This document shows positions 1-14,951 of a stretch of 64,000 nt of DNA, in pieces. Made by a program: the position numbers and the translations under genes. Where the stretch lies: NCBI GenBank assembly GCA_051362555.1, contig CM120640.1, forward strand, positions 33,933,967-33,997,966, read 5' to 3'. The stretch's first letter is position 1. Each line of letters begins with the position of its first letter. Under the pieces are notes generated by a model. That model was not told the origin of the DNA. It saw only the letters and a program-made list of their open reading frames with translations, and ran no database searches. The stretch comes from Lingula anatina (Eukaryota > Animalia > Brachiopoda).

Positions 1-478
1 AGTCTATTGAACATTTTATGGATTTTAGACTTGAAATAAATATATTATATTATTATTATTATTGAAAACAAAGCAGAATTCAGATCTCTGATATAAATTA
101 CAACTTCACTTCATCAATTGATGTATCACTTATGTAATTTTTAACCATCTGTGTTATTTTCTTGTACTCTGCTTTGTAATTGCCTTTTTTATTATTAAAA
201 ATACTAGTAACTTAATAATTTATATATGTCTTTTTGGAAAGGAGTAATCATTAGATTAATTTTAACATACCAGTACTTGAAACTATCAAAGTGTGCCTTG
301 TTTTCATCATATAACATGGATGTGTCCAATGGCTTCTATTATTAATAGAAACATTTATAAATATGTATAATAGCATGTTATATAATAAAGCAAACATGAT
401 AATGGTCCAATTACCCTTTCAAAGTTCAATAGAGTATGTGGTATTACTGAATGTCTAAAGAGCATTTTCAATTTCCAG

Positions 479-665
479 TTGGATTCATCATGGCTCAGCG
501 ATGATTGTAACACCATGTTCACCTGCGTCAAGGCGCCTGATGGGACAAAGCAGGTTGAATCAGAGGCATATGGCTGCGATCAGGCTGCCACCTGTGATGT
601 GGTTAATGGAGAGAAAAACTGCGTGTGCACGCCACCTATGATTGGAGATGGGAAGACATGTAATC
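479..665 (+). CDS. Gene 1 exon: TILa-like + EGF-like module
   Basis: ttccag|TTG acceptor, C|gtaagt donor; LDSSWLSDDC..C..GC...ATC.VVNG...CVC.PPMIGDGKTC. Confidence 0.88.
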
Positions 666-3600
666 GTAAGTAATATACACAGGAGTGGATTGAGGCCGTC
701 TTCTGGGTCTTCCGGAAGACAGTCAGATTTTCAAGATTTTCAAGATTTTCAGATTTTTACATTGAAGGGTATAAATTTTTTTCTGTCGGAAGACTGTCAA
801 AAATGGGTGATGAATCAACAAAGATAGTTTGGAAAACTGTTAGAAAATATCTCTGGATCCACCTCTGGTACATGAAGTAATTGATTTGATTGCTTTTATA
901 TCCCTGGTAATTTTTGTGACACAAACAAGCATTGATATGTTGGAATATAAACAAGATGGTAAGACAGCTTTAATTTCCTTATGTCTGACAAACATTTAAG
1001 CCAGTTAAGTTGATAGCAATTAAGTGAGACACCCCAGGAAGATCGACCGATCCAGATGGATCAATCTAGGCATGAGAACCCAGTCCAAGTTTATGTTTTG
1101 TTGAGCAATGATTCCTTTATTTTTAGAGCCTGGATGTCCACTACCAATGGAGATACAAAATGGGTATCATGATTATTCTGGTACACCGGTAGTAGTGCCT
1201 ATAGGCACAAAGGTCAACTATACCTGCCATGGTGGAAACTACATGCCTGGTGGAGCATCAAATGACATGATAACATGTCAAAACAATGGAACCTATGACA
1301 AAGATCCAGCTGAATGCAGTAAATAATTATTTTAAACACAATCTTATTTCAAGACATACAAACCATGAAAATTTTTGGTGAACTCCACTGTTAAGAGACC
1401 TTTGACACAATGAACAACTCCCAGTTAAAGAAATTGACCTATTGGCAGACACTGGCCAATGTTATACCATTATTTACTGACAGACTCTGTTCACTCCATA
1501 ATATCACCTTATTCTGATCTAGTATCGGAGAAAAAAAAGATATATCAGATTTTGTTGACAATGAATACCTACGGAGTATATGAAAGGTCAGCTTTGACAC
1601 TTGAAGAAGGATCTCCAATATACAACATTTCAAAATACTTTCATGAGAATATGATAATATGACACTTTTGCCACTTTATCTTTCCTAATCTAATATCTGA
1701 ACTTATTAATGTTTGTTATGTTTTGCTGAGCTTGGCATACTTTATTTCCAGGTCCTGGATGCCCACATCCAATGAATGGAACAAATGCAATCCATGATTA
1801 TACTAATGGCTTACCAGTGACAGTAGGCACCAATGTCACCTATACCTGTAATGCTGGAAATCTCATGGCTGATGGAACAACAATTAAGACAATTAAGTGT
1901 CTGCAGACTGGACTTTATGACAGTGGTCCAGCTAATTGTCGTAAGTCCTCTTTCCTAAAGTACAGTCCAAATCAAAAATGAGATGAGATGTGACAGTAAT
2001 TTAAATTCTCAGTGAAATTCACTGGTAGGACCTGAAATGATATCAAGTAGGAACTCCTTAATTATTACAGAAATTAATCTTTTGACAGACTCTACCCACC
2101 TGTGATGTTGACTTATTCTAAACAAAGCTATGTAAAAAATAGATGTTAAATTCAAATATTGGTGAACTTAACAAGTAAAGTACCTTCGACTCTAAGGATC
2201 TTAGATTCCAAAGTAACCAAAATCACTTTCATTGTGAATGATTATATCACAAGATTATTTAACAAATAATTTTGTCACCTTATTGTTGTTACTATTATTA
2301 TTATTATTATTATTATTTACAGTGTCATTTTTGTTTTGTTTTCTTTTTGCTTTAATGACTTATGCATACTTTCATTCTAGAATCTGATGTCCACTCCCAA
2401 TGCCTGGAGTAAATGCTGGTCATGATATATTTATATATAATATTAACATTTTGATATTCATGTTTTTTTTTGTTCTTGTAATGTTTTGTTGATGGGCTTG
2501 GCATGCTTTATTTCTAGAGCCTGGATGTTTACTACCAATGAAGATACAAAATGGAGATCATGATTATCCTGGTGGTATACCAGTACCACCAGACACTCAG
2601 GTCAAGTACGAATGCCATGGTGGAAACTTTATGCCTGGTGGTGCAACAACTGACATGATAACATGTCAAAAAGATGGAACCTATGACAAAGATCCAGCTG
2701 AATGCAGTAAATAATTATTTTAAACGCAATCTTATTTTAAGACATAAAAACACTGAAAATTTTTGGTGAACTCCACTGCTAAGAGACCTTTGACACAATG
2801 AACAACTCCCAGTTAAAGAAATTGACCTATTGGCAGACACTGGCCAATGTTATACCATTATTTACTGACAGACTCTGTTCACTCCATAATATCACCTTAT
2901 TCTGATCTAGTATCGGAGAAAAAAAAGATATATCAGATTTTTGTTGACAATGAATACCTACGGAGTATATGAAAGGTCAGCTTTGACACTTGAAGAAGGA
3001 TCTCCAATATACAACATTTCAAAATACTTTCATGAGAATATGATAATATGACACTTTTGCCACTTTATCTTTCCTAATCTAATATCTGAACTTATTAATG
3101 TTTGTTATGTTTTGCTGAGCTTGGCATACTTTATTTCCAGGTCCTGGATGCCCACATCCAATGAATGGAACAAATGCACTCCATGATTATACTAATGGCT
3201 TACCAGTGGCAGTAGGCACCAATGTCACCTATACCTGTAATGCTGGAAATCTCATGGCTGATGGAACAACAATTAAGACAATTAAGTGTCTGCAGACTGG
3301 ACTTTATGACAGTGGTCCAGCTAATTGTCGTAAGTCCTCTTTCCTAAAGTACAGTCCAAATCAAAAATGAGATGAGATGTGACAGTAATTTAAATTCTCA
3401 GTGAAATTCACTGGTAGGACCTGAAATGATATCAAGTAGGAACTCCTTAATTATTACAGAAATTAATCTTTTGACAGACTCTACCCACCTGTGATGTTGA
3501 CTTATTCTAAACAAAGCTATGTAAAAAATAGATGTTAAATTCAAATATTGGTGAACTTAACAAGTAAAGTACCTTCGACTCTAAGGATCTTAGATTCCAA

Positions 3601-6600
3601 AGTAACCAAAATCACTTTCATTGTGAATGATTATATCACAAGATTATTTAACAAATAATTTTGTCACCTTATTGTTGTTACTATTATTATTATTATTATT
3701 ATTTACAGTGTCATTTTTGTTTTGTTTTCTTTTTGCTTTAATGACTTATGCATACTTTCATTCTAGAATCTGATGTCCACTCCCAATGCCTGGAGTAAAT
3801 GCTGGTCATGATATATTTATATATAATATTAACATTTTGATATTCATGTTTTTTTTTGTTCTTGTAATGTTTTGTTGATGGGCTTGGCATGCTTTATTTC
3901 TAGAGCCTGGATGTTTACTACCAATGAAGATACAAAATGGAGATCATGATTATCCTGGTGGTATACCAGTACCACCAGACACTCAGGTCAAGTATGAATG
4001 CCATGGTGGAAACTTTATGCCTGGTGGTGCAACAACTGACATGATAACATGTCAAAAAGATGGAACCTATGACAAAGATCCAGCTGAATGCAGTAAATAA
4101 TTATTTTAAATGCAATCTTATTTCAAGACATAAAAACACTAAAAATTTTTGGTGAACTCCACTGTTAAGAGACCTTTGACACAATGAACAACTCCCAGTT
4201 AAAGAAATTGACCTATTGGCAGACACTGGCCAATGTTATACCATTATTTACTGACAGACTCTGTTCACTCCATAATATCACCTTATTCTGATCTAGTATC
4301 GGAGAAAAAAAAGATATATCAGATTTTTGTTGACAATGAATACCTACGGTGTATATGAAAGGTCAGCTTTGACACTTGAAGAAGGATCTCCAATATACAA
4401 CATTTCAAAATACTTTCATGAGAATATGATAATATGACACTTTTGCCACTTTATCTTTCCTAATCTAATATCTGAACTTATTAATGTTTGTTATGTTTTG
4501 CTGAGCTTGGCATACTTTATTTCCAGGTCCTGGATGCCCACATCCAATGAATGGAACAAATGCACTCCATGATTATACTAATGGCTTACCAGTGGCAGTA
4601 GGCACCAATGTCACCTATACCTGTAATGCTGGAAATCTCATGGCTGATGGAACAACAATTAAGACAATTAAGTGTCTGCAGACTGGACTTTATGACAGTG
4701 GTCCAGCTAATTGTCGTAAGTCCTCTTTCCTAAAGTACAGTCCAAATCAAAAATGAGATGAGATGTGACAGTAATTTAAATTCTCAGTGAAATTCACTGG
4801 TAGGACCTGAAATGATATCAAGTAGGAACTCCTTAATTATTACAGAAATTAATCTTTTGACAGACTCTACCCACCTGTGATGTTGACTTATTCTAAACAA
4901 AGCTATGTAAAAAATAGATGTTAAATTCAAATATTGGTGAACTTTACAAGTAAAATACCTTCGACTCTAAGGATCTTAGATTCCAAAGTAACCAAAATCA
5001 CTTTCATTGTGAATGATTATATCACAAGATTATTTAACAAATAATTTTGTCACCTTAGTGTTGTTACTATTATTATTATTATTATTATTTACAGTGTCAT
5101 TTTTGTTTTGTTTTCTTTTTGCTTTAATGACTTATGCATACTTTCATTCTAGAATCTGATGTCCACTCCCAATGCCTGGAGTAAATGCTGGTCATGATAT
5201 ATTTATATATAATATTAACATTTTGATATTCATGTTTTTTTTGTTCTTGTAATGTTTTGTTGATGGGCTTGGCATGCTTTATTTCTAGAGCCTGGATGTT
5301 TACTACCAATGAAGATACAAAATGGAGATCATGATTATCCTGGTGGTATACCAGTACCACCAGACACTCAGGTCAAGTATGAATGCCGTGGTGGAAACTT
5401 TATGCCTGGTGGTGCAACAACTGACATGATAACATGTCAAAAAGATGGAACCTATGACAAAGATCCAGCTGAATGCAGTAAATAATTATTTTAAACGCAA
5501 TCTTATTTTAAGACATAAAAACACTGAAAATTTTTGGTGAACTCCACTGTTAAGAGACCTTTGACACAATGAACAACTCCCAGTTAAAGAAATTGACCTA
5601 TTGGCAGACACTGGCCAATGTTATACCATTTTACTGACAGACTCTGTTCACTCCATAATATCACCTTATTCTGATCTAGTATCAGAGAAAAAAAAGATAT
5701 ATCAGATTTTTGGTGACAATGAATACCTACGGTGTATATGAAAGGTCAGCCTTGACACTTGAAGAAGGACCTCCAATATACAACATTTCAAAATACTTTC
5801 ATGAGAATATGATAATATGACACTTTTGCCACTTTTTTTTTCCTAAACTAATATCTGAACTTATTAATGTTTGTTATGTTTTACTGAGCTGGGCATACTT
5901 TATTTCCAGGTCCTGGATGCCCACATCCAATGAATGGAACAAATGCAATCCATGATTATACTAATGGCTTACCAGTGACAGTAGGCACCAATGTCACCTA
6001 TACCTGTAATGCTGGAAATCTCATGGATGATGGAACAACAATTAAGACAATTAAGTGTCTGAAGACTGGAGTTTATGACAGTGGTCCAGCTAATTGTCGT
6101 AAGTGCTTGTTTTTAAAGTCAAAAGCACTTTTACTGGTAAATACAAAACCTATAATACATGTTATAGTTGCTCTTAGATAACAAGTAAAATAAAGCATTG
6201 TTATAGCATAAACAGAAATATAGCACTGTTCTTTTCCTTGTCATATGTACATAATTGATGTACCTCCCTACCTGCAAAATGAAAAAAATATATATTTTTG
6301 AATTCCAGAACCTGGGTGTCCAATACCTATGGATGGTGAGAATCGTCAACATAATTACCAGGGAGACGGTTCTGTGGATGTTGGTACATTCATTACATTT
6401 ACTTGTAGTATGCCATTCTTTGATGTCTCTGGAGTGAAGGAGAAGACCATCAAATGTTTGCCCGATGGCACATACGACGACACCCCACCACAGTGTGATC
6501 AACGTATGCTGTTTGTTTCATTCTTGTTGTTTTGCAATTTGGCTTCTGTTTAAATTATTGCAGATGATAAAATGCCATGAATTCTCTTGGCTTAATAGAA

Positions 6601-9600
6601 GTTGAAATATTAACAAATACCAAAATACCATTTCTGTGTGTATTCTGTCACTGCTCTTGTTCCCATGAAGATAAGGCAAATGCCATGTGCCAGATAGATG
6701 CCGGTTCCATGAGCGACTTATTTCTAACATTTAAAAAATTGTGAAAACTTGTAATTTGTACAGCATTTTCATCACTGATTACACATTTAAATTTCCTCTC
6801 TCTAAGCAATTTTGATTTTGTTTCAATAATGCCATAAGCAAAAGTTATAGTATGAAAATGCTAAGCACTTTTATATTAAATAGATAATTAAATTTTAGAA
6901 TTTAGTGATATGTATTTTTCCGTTTTCCAATTTCAGCTGGCTGTGATTTGCCAATGGATGGTTCCAGAGCATCGAACAACTACCCAGGTGTCAGTGCCCC
7001 AGTAGACATTGATACACAAGTAACCTACACTTGTAACAGCGGCTACACTATGGCTGATGGATCTACAACAAAAACAATAACTTGCTTGGATACTGGCAAT
7101 TATGATTCCGGGCCTGCAATGTGTGATACACGTGAGTCAGGGTTTTATGATTGTGTTTGTTTTACTGAATTTGTGGCTTAATTAATGGAGTTATGATTCA
7201 CTGAGCACAAGATTTCTTAGTGAAGGGCCATGATCTGATCACTACTACACAAACAACACAGGATGGATATCAACGACGATTTTTGAACCTTTTTTAATTT
7301 GTGGTTATTCGTTTAGTTGTTCTCTTATACCCATATTATTCACAACCATTAAGGTATAATTAAATGTTTATTCTGTGCTTTTGTATGTTTGCTGTGCAAC
7401 ACTGCATATAGCTTGTGGATATAACTCAGAAAATGTCCTCTTTATATTCTATTCTAATAAGATCAGTTTATAGACAGACTAGTTAGTATGATGTATGTAT
7501 AGTATGTGCATGCTTACATTTTTACTGGTAAATGCAAAAACTATTATACATGTTATAGTTGCTCTTAAATTAGAAGTAAAATTAAGCATTGTTTTAGCAT
7601 AAACAGAAGTACCAATGTTCTTTTTCCTGTCATATGTACATAACTGATGTACCTCCCTACCTGAAAAATAAATAAAATATATATATTTTTGAATTTCAGA
7701 ACCTGGGTGTCCAATACCTATGGATGATGATGTGAACCGTCAACATAATTACCAGGGAGACGATCCTGTGCCTGTTGGTACATTCATTACATTTACTTGT
7801 AAAAAGCCATTCTTTGATGCCTCTGGAGTGAAGGAGAAGACCATTGAATGTTTGCCCGATGGCACATACGACGACACCCCACCGCAGTGTGATCAACGTA
7901 TGCTGTTTGTTTCATTCTTGTTGTTTTGCAATTTGGCTTCTGTTTAAATTATTGCAGATGATAAGATACCATGAATTCACTTGGCTTAATAGAAGTTGAA
8001 ATATTAACAAATACCAAAATACCATTTCTGTGTGTATTCTGTCACTGCTCTTGTTCCCATGAAGATAAGGCAAATGCCATGTGCCAGATAGATGCCGGTT
8101 CCATGAGCGACTTATTTCTAACATTTAAAAAATTGTGAAAACTTGTAATTTGTACAGCATTTTCATCATGGGTTACACATTTAATTTCCCCTCTCTAAGC
8201 AATTTTGATTTTGTTTCAATAATGCCACAAGCAGACGTTATAGTATGAAAATGCAAAGCATTTTTATATGAAATAGAGAATTAAATTTTAGAATTTAGTG
8301 ATATGTATTTTTTCGTTTTCCAATTTCAGCTGGCTGTGATTTGCCAATGGATGGTTCCAGAGCATCGAACAACTATCCAGGTGTCAGTGCCCCAGTAGAC
8401 ATTGATACACAAGTAACCTACACTTGTAACAGCGGCTACACTATGGCTGATGGATCTACAACAAAAACAATAACTTGCTTGGATACTGGCAATTATGATT
8501 CCGGGCCTGCAATGTGTGATACACGTGAGTCAGGGTTTTATGATTGTGATTGTTTTACTGAATTTGTGGCTTAATTAATGGAGTTATGATTCACTGAGCA
8601 CAAGATTTCTTAGTGAAGGGCCATGATCTGATCACTACTACACAAACAACACAGGATGGATATCAACGACGATTTTTGAACCTTTTTTAATTTGTGGTTA
8701 TTCGTTTAGTTGTTCTCTTATACCCATATTATTCACAACCATTAAGGTATAATTAAATGTTTATTCTGTGCTTTTGTATGTTTGCTGTGCAACACTGCAT
8801 ATAGCTTGTGGATATAACTCAGAAAATGTCCTCTTTATATTCTATTCTAATAAGATCAGTTTATAGACAGACTAGTTAATATGAAGTATAGTATGTGCTT
8901 ACATTTTTACTAGTAAATACGAAAACTATTATACATGTTATAGTTGCTCTTAGATAACAAGTACAATTAAGCTTTGTTTTAGCATAAACAGAAATACCAA
9001 TGTTCTTTTTCTTGTCATATGTACATAACTGATGTACCTCCCTACCTGAAAAATAAAAAAATATATATTTTTTTGAATTTCAGAACCTGGGTGTCCAATA
9101 CCTATGGATGATGATGTGAACCGTCAACATAATTACCAGGGAGACGATCCTGTGCCTGTTGGTACATTCATTACATTTACTTGTAAAAAGCCATTCTTTG
9201 ATGCCTCTGGATTAAAGGAGAAGACCATTGAATGTTTGCCCGATGGCACTTACGACGACACCCCACCGCAGTGTGATCAACGTATGCTGTTTGTTTCATT
9301 CTTGTTGTTTTGCAATTTGGCTTCTGTTTAAATTATTGCAGATGATAAGATACCATGAATTCACTTGGCTTAATAGAAGTTGAAATATTAACAAATACCA
9401 AAATACCATTTCTGTGTGTATTCTGTCACTGCTCTTGTTCCCATGAAGATAAGGCAAATGCCATGTGCCAGATAGATGCCGGTTCCATGAGCGACTTATT
9501 TCTAACATTTAAAAAATTGTGAAAACTTGTAATTTGTACAGCATTTTCATCATGGGTTACACATTTAATTTCCCCTCTCTAAGCAATTTTGATTTTGTTT

Positions 9601-12600
9601 CAATAATGCCACAAGCAGACGTTATAGTATGAAAATGCAAAGCATTTTTATATGAAATAGAGAATTAAATTTTAGAATTTAGTGATATGTATTTTTTCGT
9701 TTTCCAATTTCAGCTGGCTGTGATTTGCCAATGGATGGTTCCAGAGCATCGAACAACTATCCAGGTGTCAGTGCCCCAGTAGACATTGATACACAAGTAA
9801 CCTACACTTGTAACAGCGGCTACACTATGGCTGATGGATCTACAACAAAAACAATAACTTGCTTGGATACTGGCAATTATGATTCCGGGCCTGCAATGTG
9901 TGATACACGTGAGTCAGGGTTTTATGATTGTGATTGTTTTACTGAATTTGTGGCTTAATTAATGGAGTTATGATTCACTGAGCACAAGATTTCTTAGTGA
10001 AGGGCCATGATCTGATCACTACTACACAAACAACACAGGATGGATATCAACGACGATTTTTGAACCTTTTTTAATTTGTGGTTATTCGTTTAGTTGTTCT
10101 CTTATACCCATATTATTCACAACCATTAAGGTATAATTAAATGTTTATTCTGTGCTTTTGTATGTTTGCTGTGCAACACTGCATATAGCTTGTGGATATA
10201 ACTCAGAAAATGTCCTCTTTATATTCTATTCTAAAAAGATCAGTTTATAGACAGACTAGTTAATATGAAGTATAGTATGTGCTTACATTTTTACTAGTAA
10301 ATACGAAAACTATTATACATGTTATAGTTGCTCTTAGATAACAAGTACAATTAAGCTTTGTTTTAGCATAAACAGAAATACCAATGTTCTTTTTCTTGTC
10401 ATATGTACATTACTGATGTACCTCCCTACCTGAAAAATAAAAAATATATATATTTTTGAATTCCAGAACCTGGGTGTCCAATACCTATGGATGATGATGT
10501 GAATCGTCAACATAATTACCAGGGAGACGATCCTGTGCCTGTTGGTACATTCATTACATTTACTTGTAGAATGCCATTCTTTGATGTCTCTGGAGTGAAG
10601 GAGAAGACCATCGAATGTTTGCCCGATGGCACATACGACGACACCCCACCACAGTGTGATCAACGTATGCTGTTTGTTTCATTCTTGTTGTTTTGCAATT
10701 TGGCTTCTGTTTAAATTATTGCAGATGATAAGATGCCATGAATTCACTTGGCTTAATAGAAGTTGAAATATTAACAAATATCAAAATATCATTTCTGTGT
10801 GTATTCTGTCACTGCTCTTGTTTCCATGAAGATAAGGCAAATGCCATGTGCCAGATAGATGTCGGTTCCATGAGCGACTTATTTCTAACATTTAAAAAAT
10901 TGTGAAAATTTGTTATTTGTACAGCATTTTCATCACTGGTTACACATTTAATTTCCTCTCTCTAAGCAATTTTGATTTTGTTTCAATAATGCCATAAGCA
11001 GACATTATAGTATGAAAATGCGAAGCACTTTTATATTAAATAGAGAACTAAATTTTAGAATTTAGTGATATGTATTTTTTCGTTTTCCAATTTTAGCTGG
11101 CTGTGATTTGCCAATGGATGGTTCCAGAGCATCGAACAACTACCCAGGTGTCAGTGCCCCAGTAGACTTTGGTACACAAGTAACCTACACTTGTAACAGT
11201 GGCTACACTATGGCTGATGGATCTACAACAAAAACAATCACTTGCTTGGATACTGGCAATTATGATTCCGGACCTGCAATGTGTGATACACGTGAGTCAG
11301 GGTTTTATGATTGTGATTGTTTTACTGAATTTGTGGCTTAATTAATGGAGTTATGATTCACTGAGCACAAGATTTCTTACTAGCTGAAGGGCCATAATCT
11401 GATCACTACTAACAAACAACACAGGATGGATATCAACGACGATTTATGAACTTTTTTTTATTTGTGGCAATTCATTTAGTTGTTCTCTTATACCCATATT
11501 ATTCACAACCATTAAGGTATAACTAAATGTTTATTCTGTGCTTTTGTATGTTTGCTGTGCAACACTGCATATAGCTTGTGGATATAACTCAGAAAATGTC
11601 CTCTTTATATTCTATTCTAATAAGATCAGTTTATAGACAGACTAGTTAGTATGATGTATGTATAGTATGTGCTTACACTTTTACTGGTAAATACAAAAAC
11701 TATTATACATGTTATAGTTGCTCTTAGATTAGAAGTAAAATTAAGCATTGTTTTAGCATAAACAGAAGTACCAATGTTCTTTTTCTTGTCATATGTACAT
11801 AACTGATGTACCTCCCTACCTGCAAAATGAAAAAAAATATATTTTTGAATTCCAGAACCTGGGTGTCCAATACCTATGGATGATGATGTGAACCGTAAAC
11901 ATAATTACCAGGGAGACGATCCTGTGCCTGTTGGTACATTCATTACATTTACTTGTAGAATGCCATTCTTTGATGCCTCTGGAGTGAAGGAGAAGACCAT
12001 CGAATGTTTGCCCGATGGCACTTACGACGACACCCCACCGCAGTGTGATCAACGTATGCTGTTTGTTTCATTCTTGTTGTTTTGCAATTTGGCTTCTGTT
12101 TAAATTATTGCAGATGATAAGATGCCATGAATTCACTTGGCTTAATAGAAGTTGAAATATTAACAAAAATCAAAATATCATTTCTGTGTGTATACTGTCA
12201 CTGCTCTTGTTCCCATGAAGATAAGGCAAATGCCATGTGCCAGATAGATGTCGGTTCCATGAGCGACTTATTTCTAACATTTAAAAAATTGTGAAAACTT
12301 GTTATTTGTACAGCATCACTGGTTCCACATTTAAATTTCGTTTCTCAAAGTGATTTTGATTTTGTTTCAATAATGCCACAAGCAGACGTCATAGTATGAA
12401 AATGCGAAGCACTTTTATATTACATAGAGAATTAAATTTTAGAATTTAGTGATATGTATTTTTCCGTTTTCCAATTTCAGCTGGCTGTGATTTGCCAATG
12501 GATGGTTCCAGAGCATCGAACAACTACCCAGGTGTCATTGCCCCAGTAGACTTTGGTACACAAGTAATCTACAATTGTAACAGCGGCTACACTATGGCTG

Positions 12601-14908
12601 ATGGATCTACAACAAAAACAATCACTTGCTTGGATGCTGGCAATTATGATTCCGGACCTGCAATGTGTGATACACGTGAGTCAGGGTTTTATGATTGTGT
12701 TTGTTTTAATGCTTTGTGGCTTAATTAAGGGAATTATGATTCACTGATTTCGTCAAATTTGGCTGTAGCATGATCCATATTTGTTGATGTACTGTAACGC
12801 AGTAGAATATGTTTTTGATTATTAATTTTTTGAATGGAGGCATATGTAATGATAACAAATTGGGATTTTGATATCTCTTGTTGTTTTTTACTTTTTGTAT
12901 CATATCTTATCTTAACATGTTTTCTACTCCTTTTTTCAGCTACAGTCTCAAGTAAGTACCATTGGTTGTGCACACTTAATAAATGTTAATTGATTTATTC
13001 TTTTATGCATTAACTGCTTTAGAACACATACAATTATGTCATATTTTATTCTGATGTATCCAACATACTTTTGGTACTTGATCATTTTACTGGTCATTAT
13101 GTTTGGGTAAATATAACTTATAGTTACAACTTTTTGCTTTGGGTTTTGATGGAGTGAAAACAGTCATGTATTAGTAACATCAACATCTTTGCCAAGGAAA
13201 AACCATGAGAATACATTAACAAGGACAGTAGAGGAAAATGTTAACTTGTAGAATAGACCTATAATTTATAAAAGTACCTTACTGTAAACATATCCAATAA
13301 ATCTTGTTTGAGTTTAACTCTCCCCCCCCCCCTCCAATTTTTACTTTTCATCCTCAATTTTCCAGATTACTGTCGCGACTGTATCTATCTCAGAAATGGA
13401 CCAGGTTATTATGAAGATCCCAATGACTGTGGACGGTTTGTCCAGTGTCTGCAGGACATTGATGGAAACATTGTTACTGTGTCCAGTGCCTGTCCAGGAA
13501 ATCTCCTGTGGAGCCAGAGTGAGTTGACTTGTGTCAGCTGCGACAAGGCGACATGTGTAGGTGTTATAGGTGGAAAACCAGACTGTGAAGAAAACGGTGA
13601 GGTCTATTTATTTACTCATACACGTGCATAAGCACGGACACTTATGTCATATGCATTGTAATTGTTTTGATTTTGTAATAACATTTGATTTTCTTTAAAG
13701 TTTGAGACTGGCAGTGAGTTATTGTCTATTGATTGTGGGTTGAGAAGAACATGATATGTTACTACCAAGTGGCCAAAAAATGTTGATGGAAGTTCATTTT
13801 ACTTTTGGTTTAGACTGCTGCAGTGGAAAAATTATATTTTCGTGCTTACATTATTTTGTAATGCAAGAGTTTTTTTCTTTTTCCTATCTTAATTTTTCTG
13901 TTTATTTCAGAAAATAAAATCTGGCTCAGTTACAAATTTGTCATAGTTATTGTCATTTATTTAATGATAGACTCAGAGTGGGGGTTAACACAAAAAAGTA
14001 TTATTATTATTATTGTTGTTGTTGTTGTTGCTGTATCAGTTCCACATTATTGAATAAAAATTCACTATCCATAATCAGTTATAACATTTTATTTCAACTT
14101 TTTTTCTCACAGGCAAATGTGAGACTGGCTACTACAGCGACCCAACCAACTGCGCAGCATACTACCAGTGCAGCCCCGCTGGAGCTGTCCGCATGTGTTG
14201 CCCTGGCAACACCATGTGGGGTGGAAGCGGCTGTATCTTCAGAGACGCCTCTTGCACAGATGTCTGCTCTACACCAGTCACTCCCACAGTGGCACCCCCC
14301 ACCCTCCCACCTCATACACTAGGAGGTAGGTGTCTACAGCTGTACATGTGTTCACAGTAAAAGATCAGTCCAGCAGCACCGATCCATCTTTGCGGCCATA
14401 CTCGGGGGCGGATCATATTCCAAATTATCTTTGTTGATCCATCCTCCATTTTTGGCAGTCTTCCAACAGAAAAAATTAGATACCCATCAATGTAAACTTG
14501 AGAATCTGACCGTATTCCATAAGACCCAGAAGACAGCCTCAATCTGCCCCTGATATTGTCACTTAAGTGCACTCAATGTAATTTGCTAATAAAAGATAAT
14601 TACCCTCTAGCTTCTGGAGGGGGTGGGCCAAACCATTAAGCTGATTACATTGAGTGCACTTAAGCCAGAATCCTTGCAGAGGTAGATCAATCCAGCTGGA
14701 CTAATAACTTTTAGTCTGAACACGGCCTACATTGTTAATTTATTGTTTTGCCATAGTGCTTACATTGAAAAAGCTTTGTGACACAAGTAAACATTCAGGA
14801 AAATTTCAATTTTAGTTTCATTTCATCTGTGCTTAATATTCATAAACAAAAAGTATGGCACATATATTAATTATTTGTCAGTGACACATGAAATTCAAAT
14901 GTCATGGA

Positions 14909-14951
<43 letters not shown>

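Noticed and set aside
6131-12052. Minus-strand ORFs (MITLWWGVV..., MLEISRSW...)
   Set aside because: Antisense shadows of Sushi exons and repeated introns, broken in some copies, with no domain signature.
1127-12675. Dscam-like mutually exclusive exon cluster
   Set aside because: The exons are near-identical, alternate in fixed order, have normal intron lengths and splice in frame consecutively. No docking/selector pattern was seen.
13978-14322. 114-aa ORF with poly-Tyr/poly-Cys
   Set aside because: It derives from (TAT)n(TGT)n microsatellite plus the wrong frame of the chitin-binding exon.
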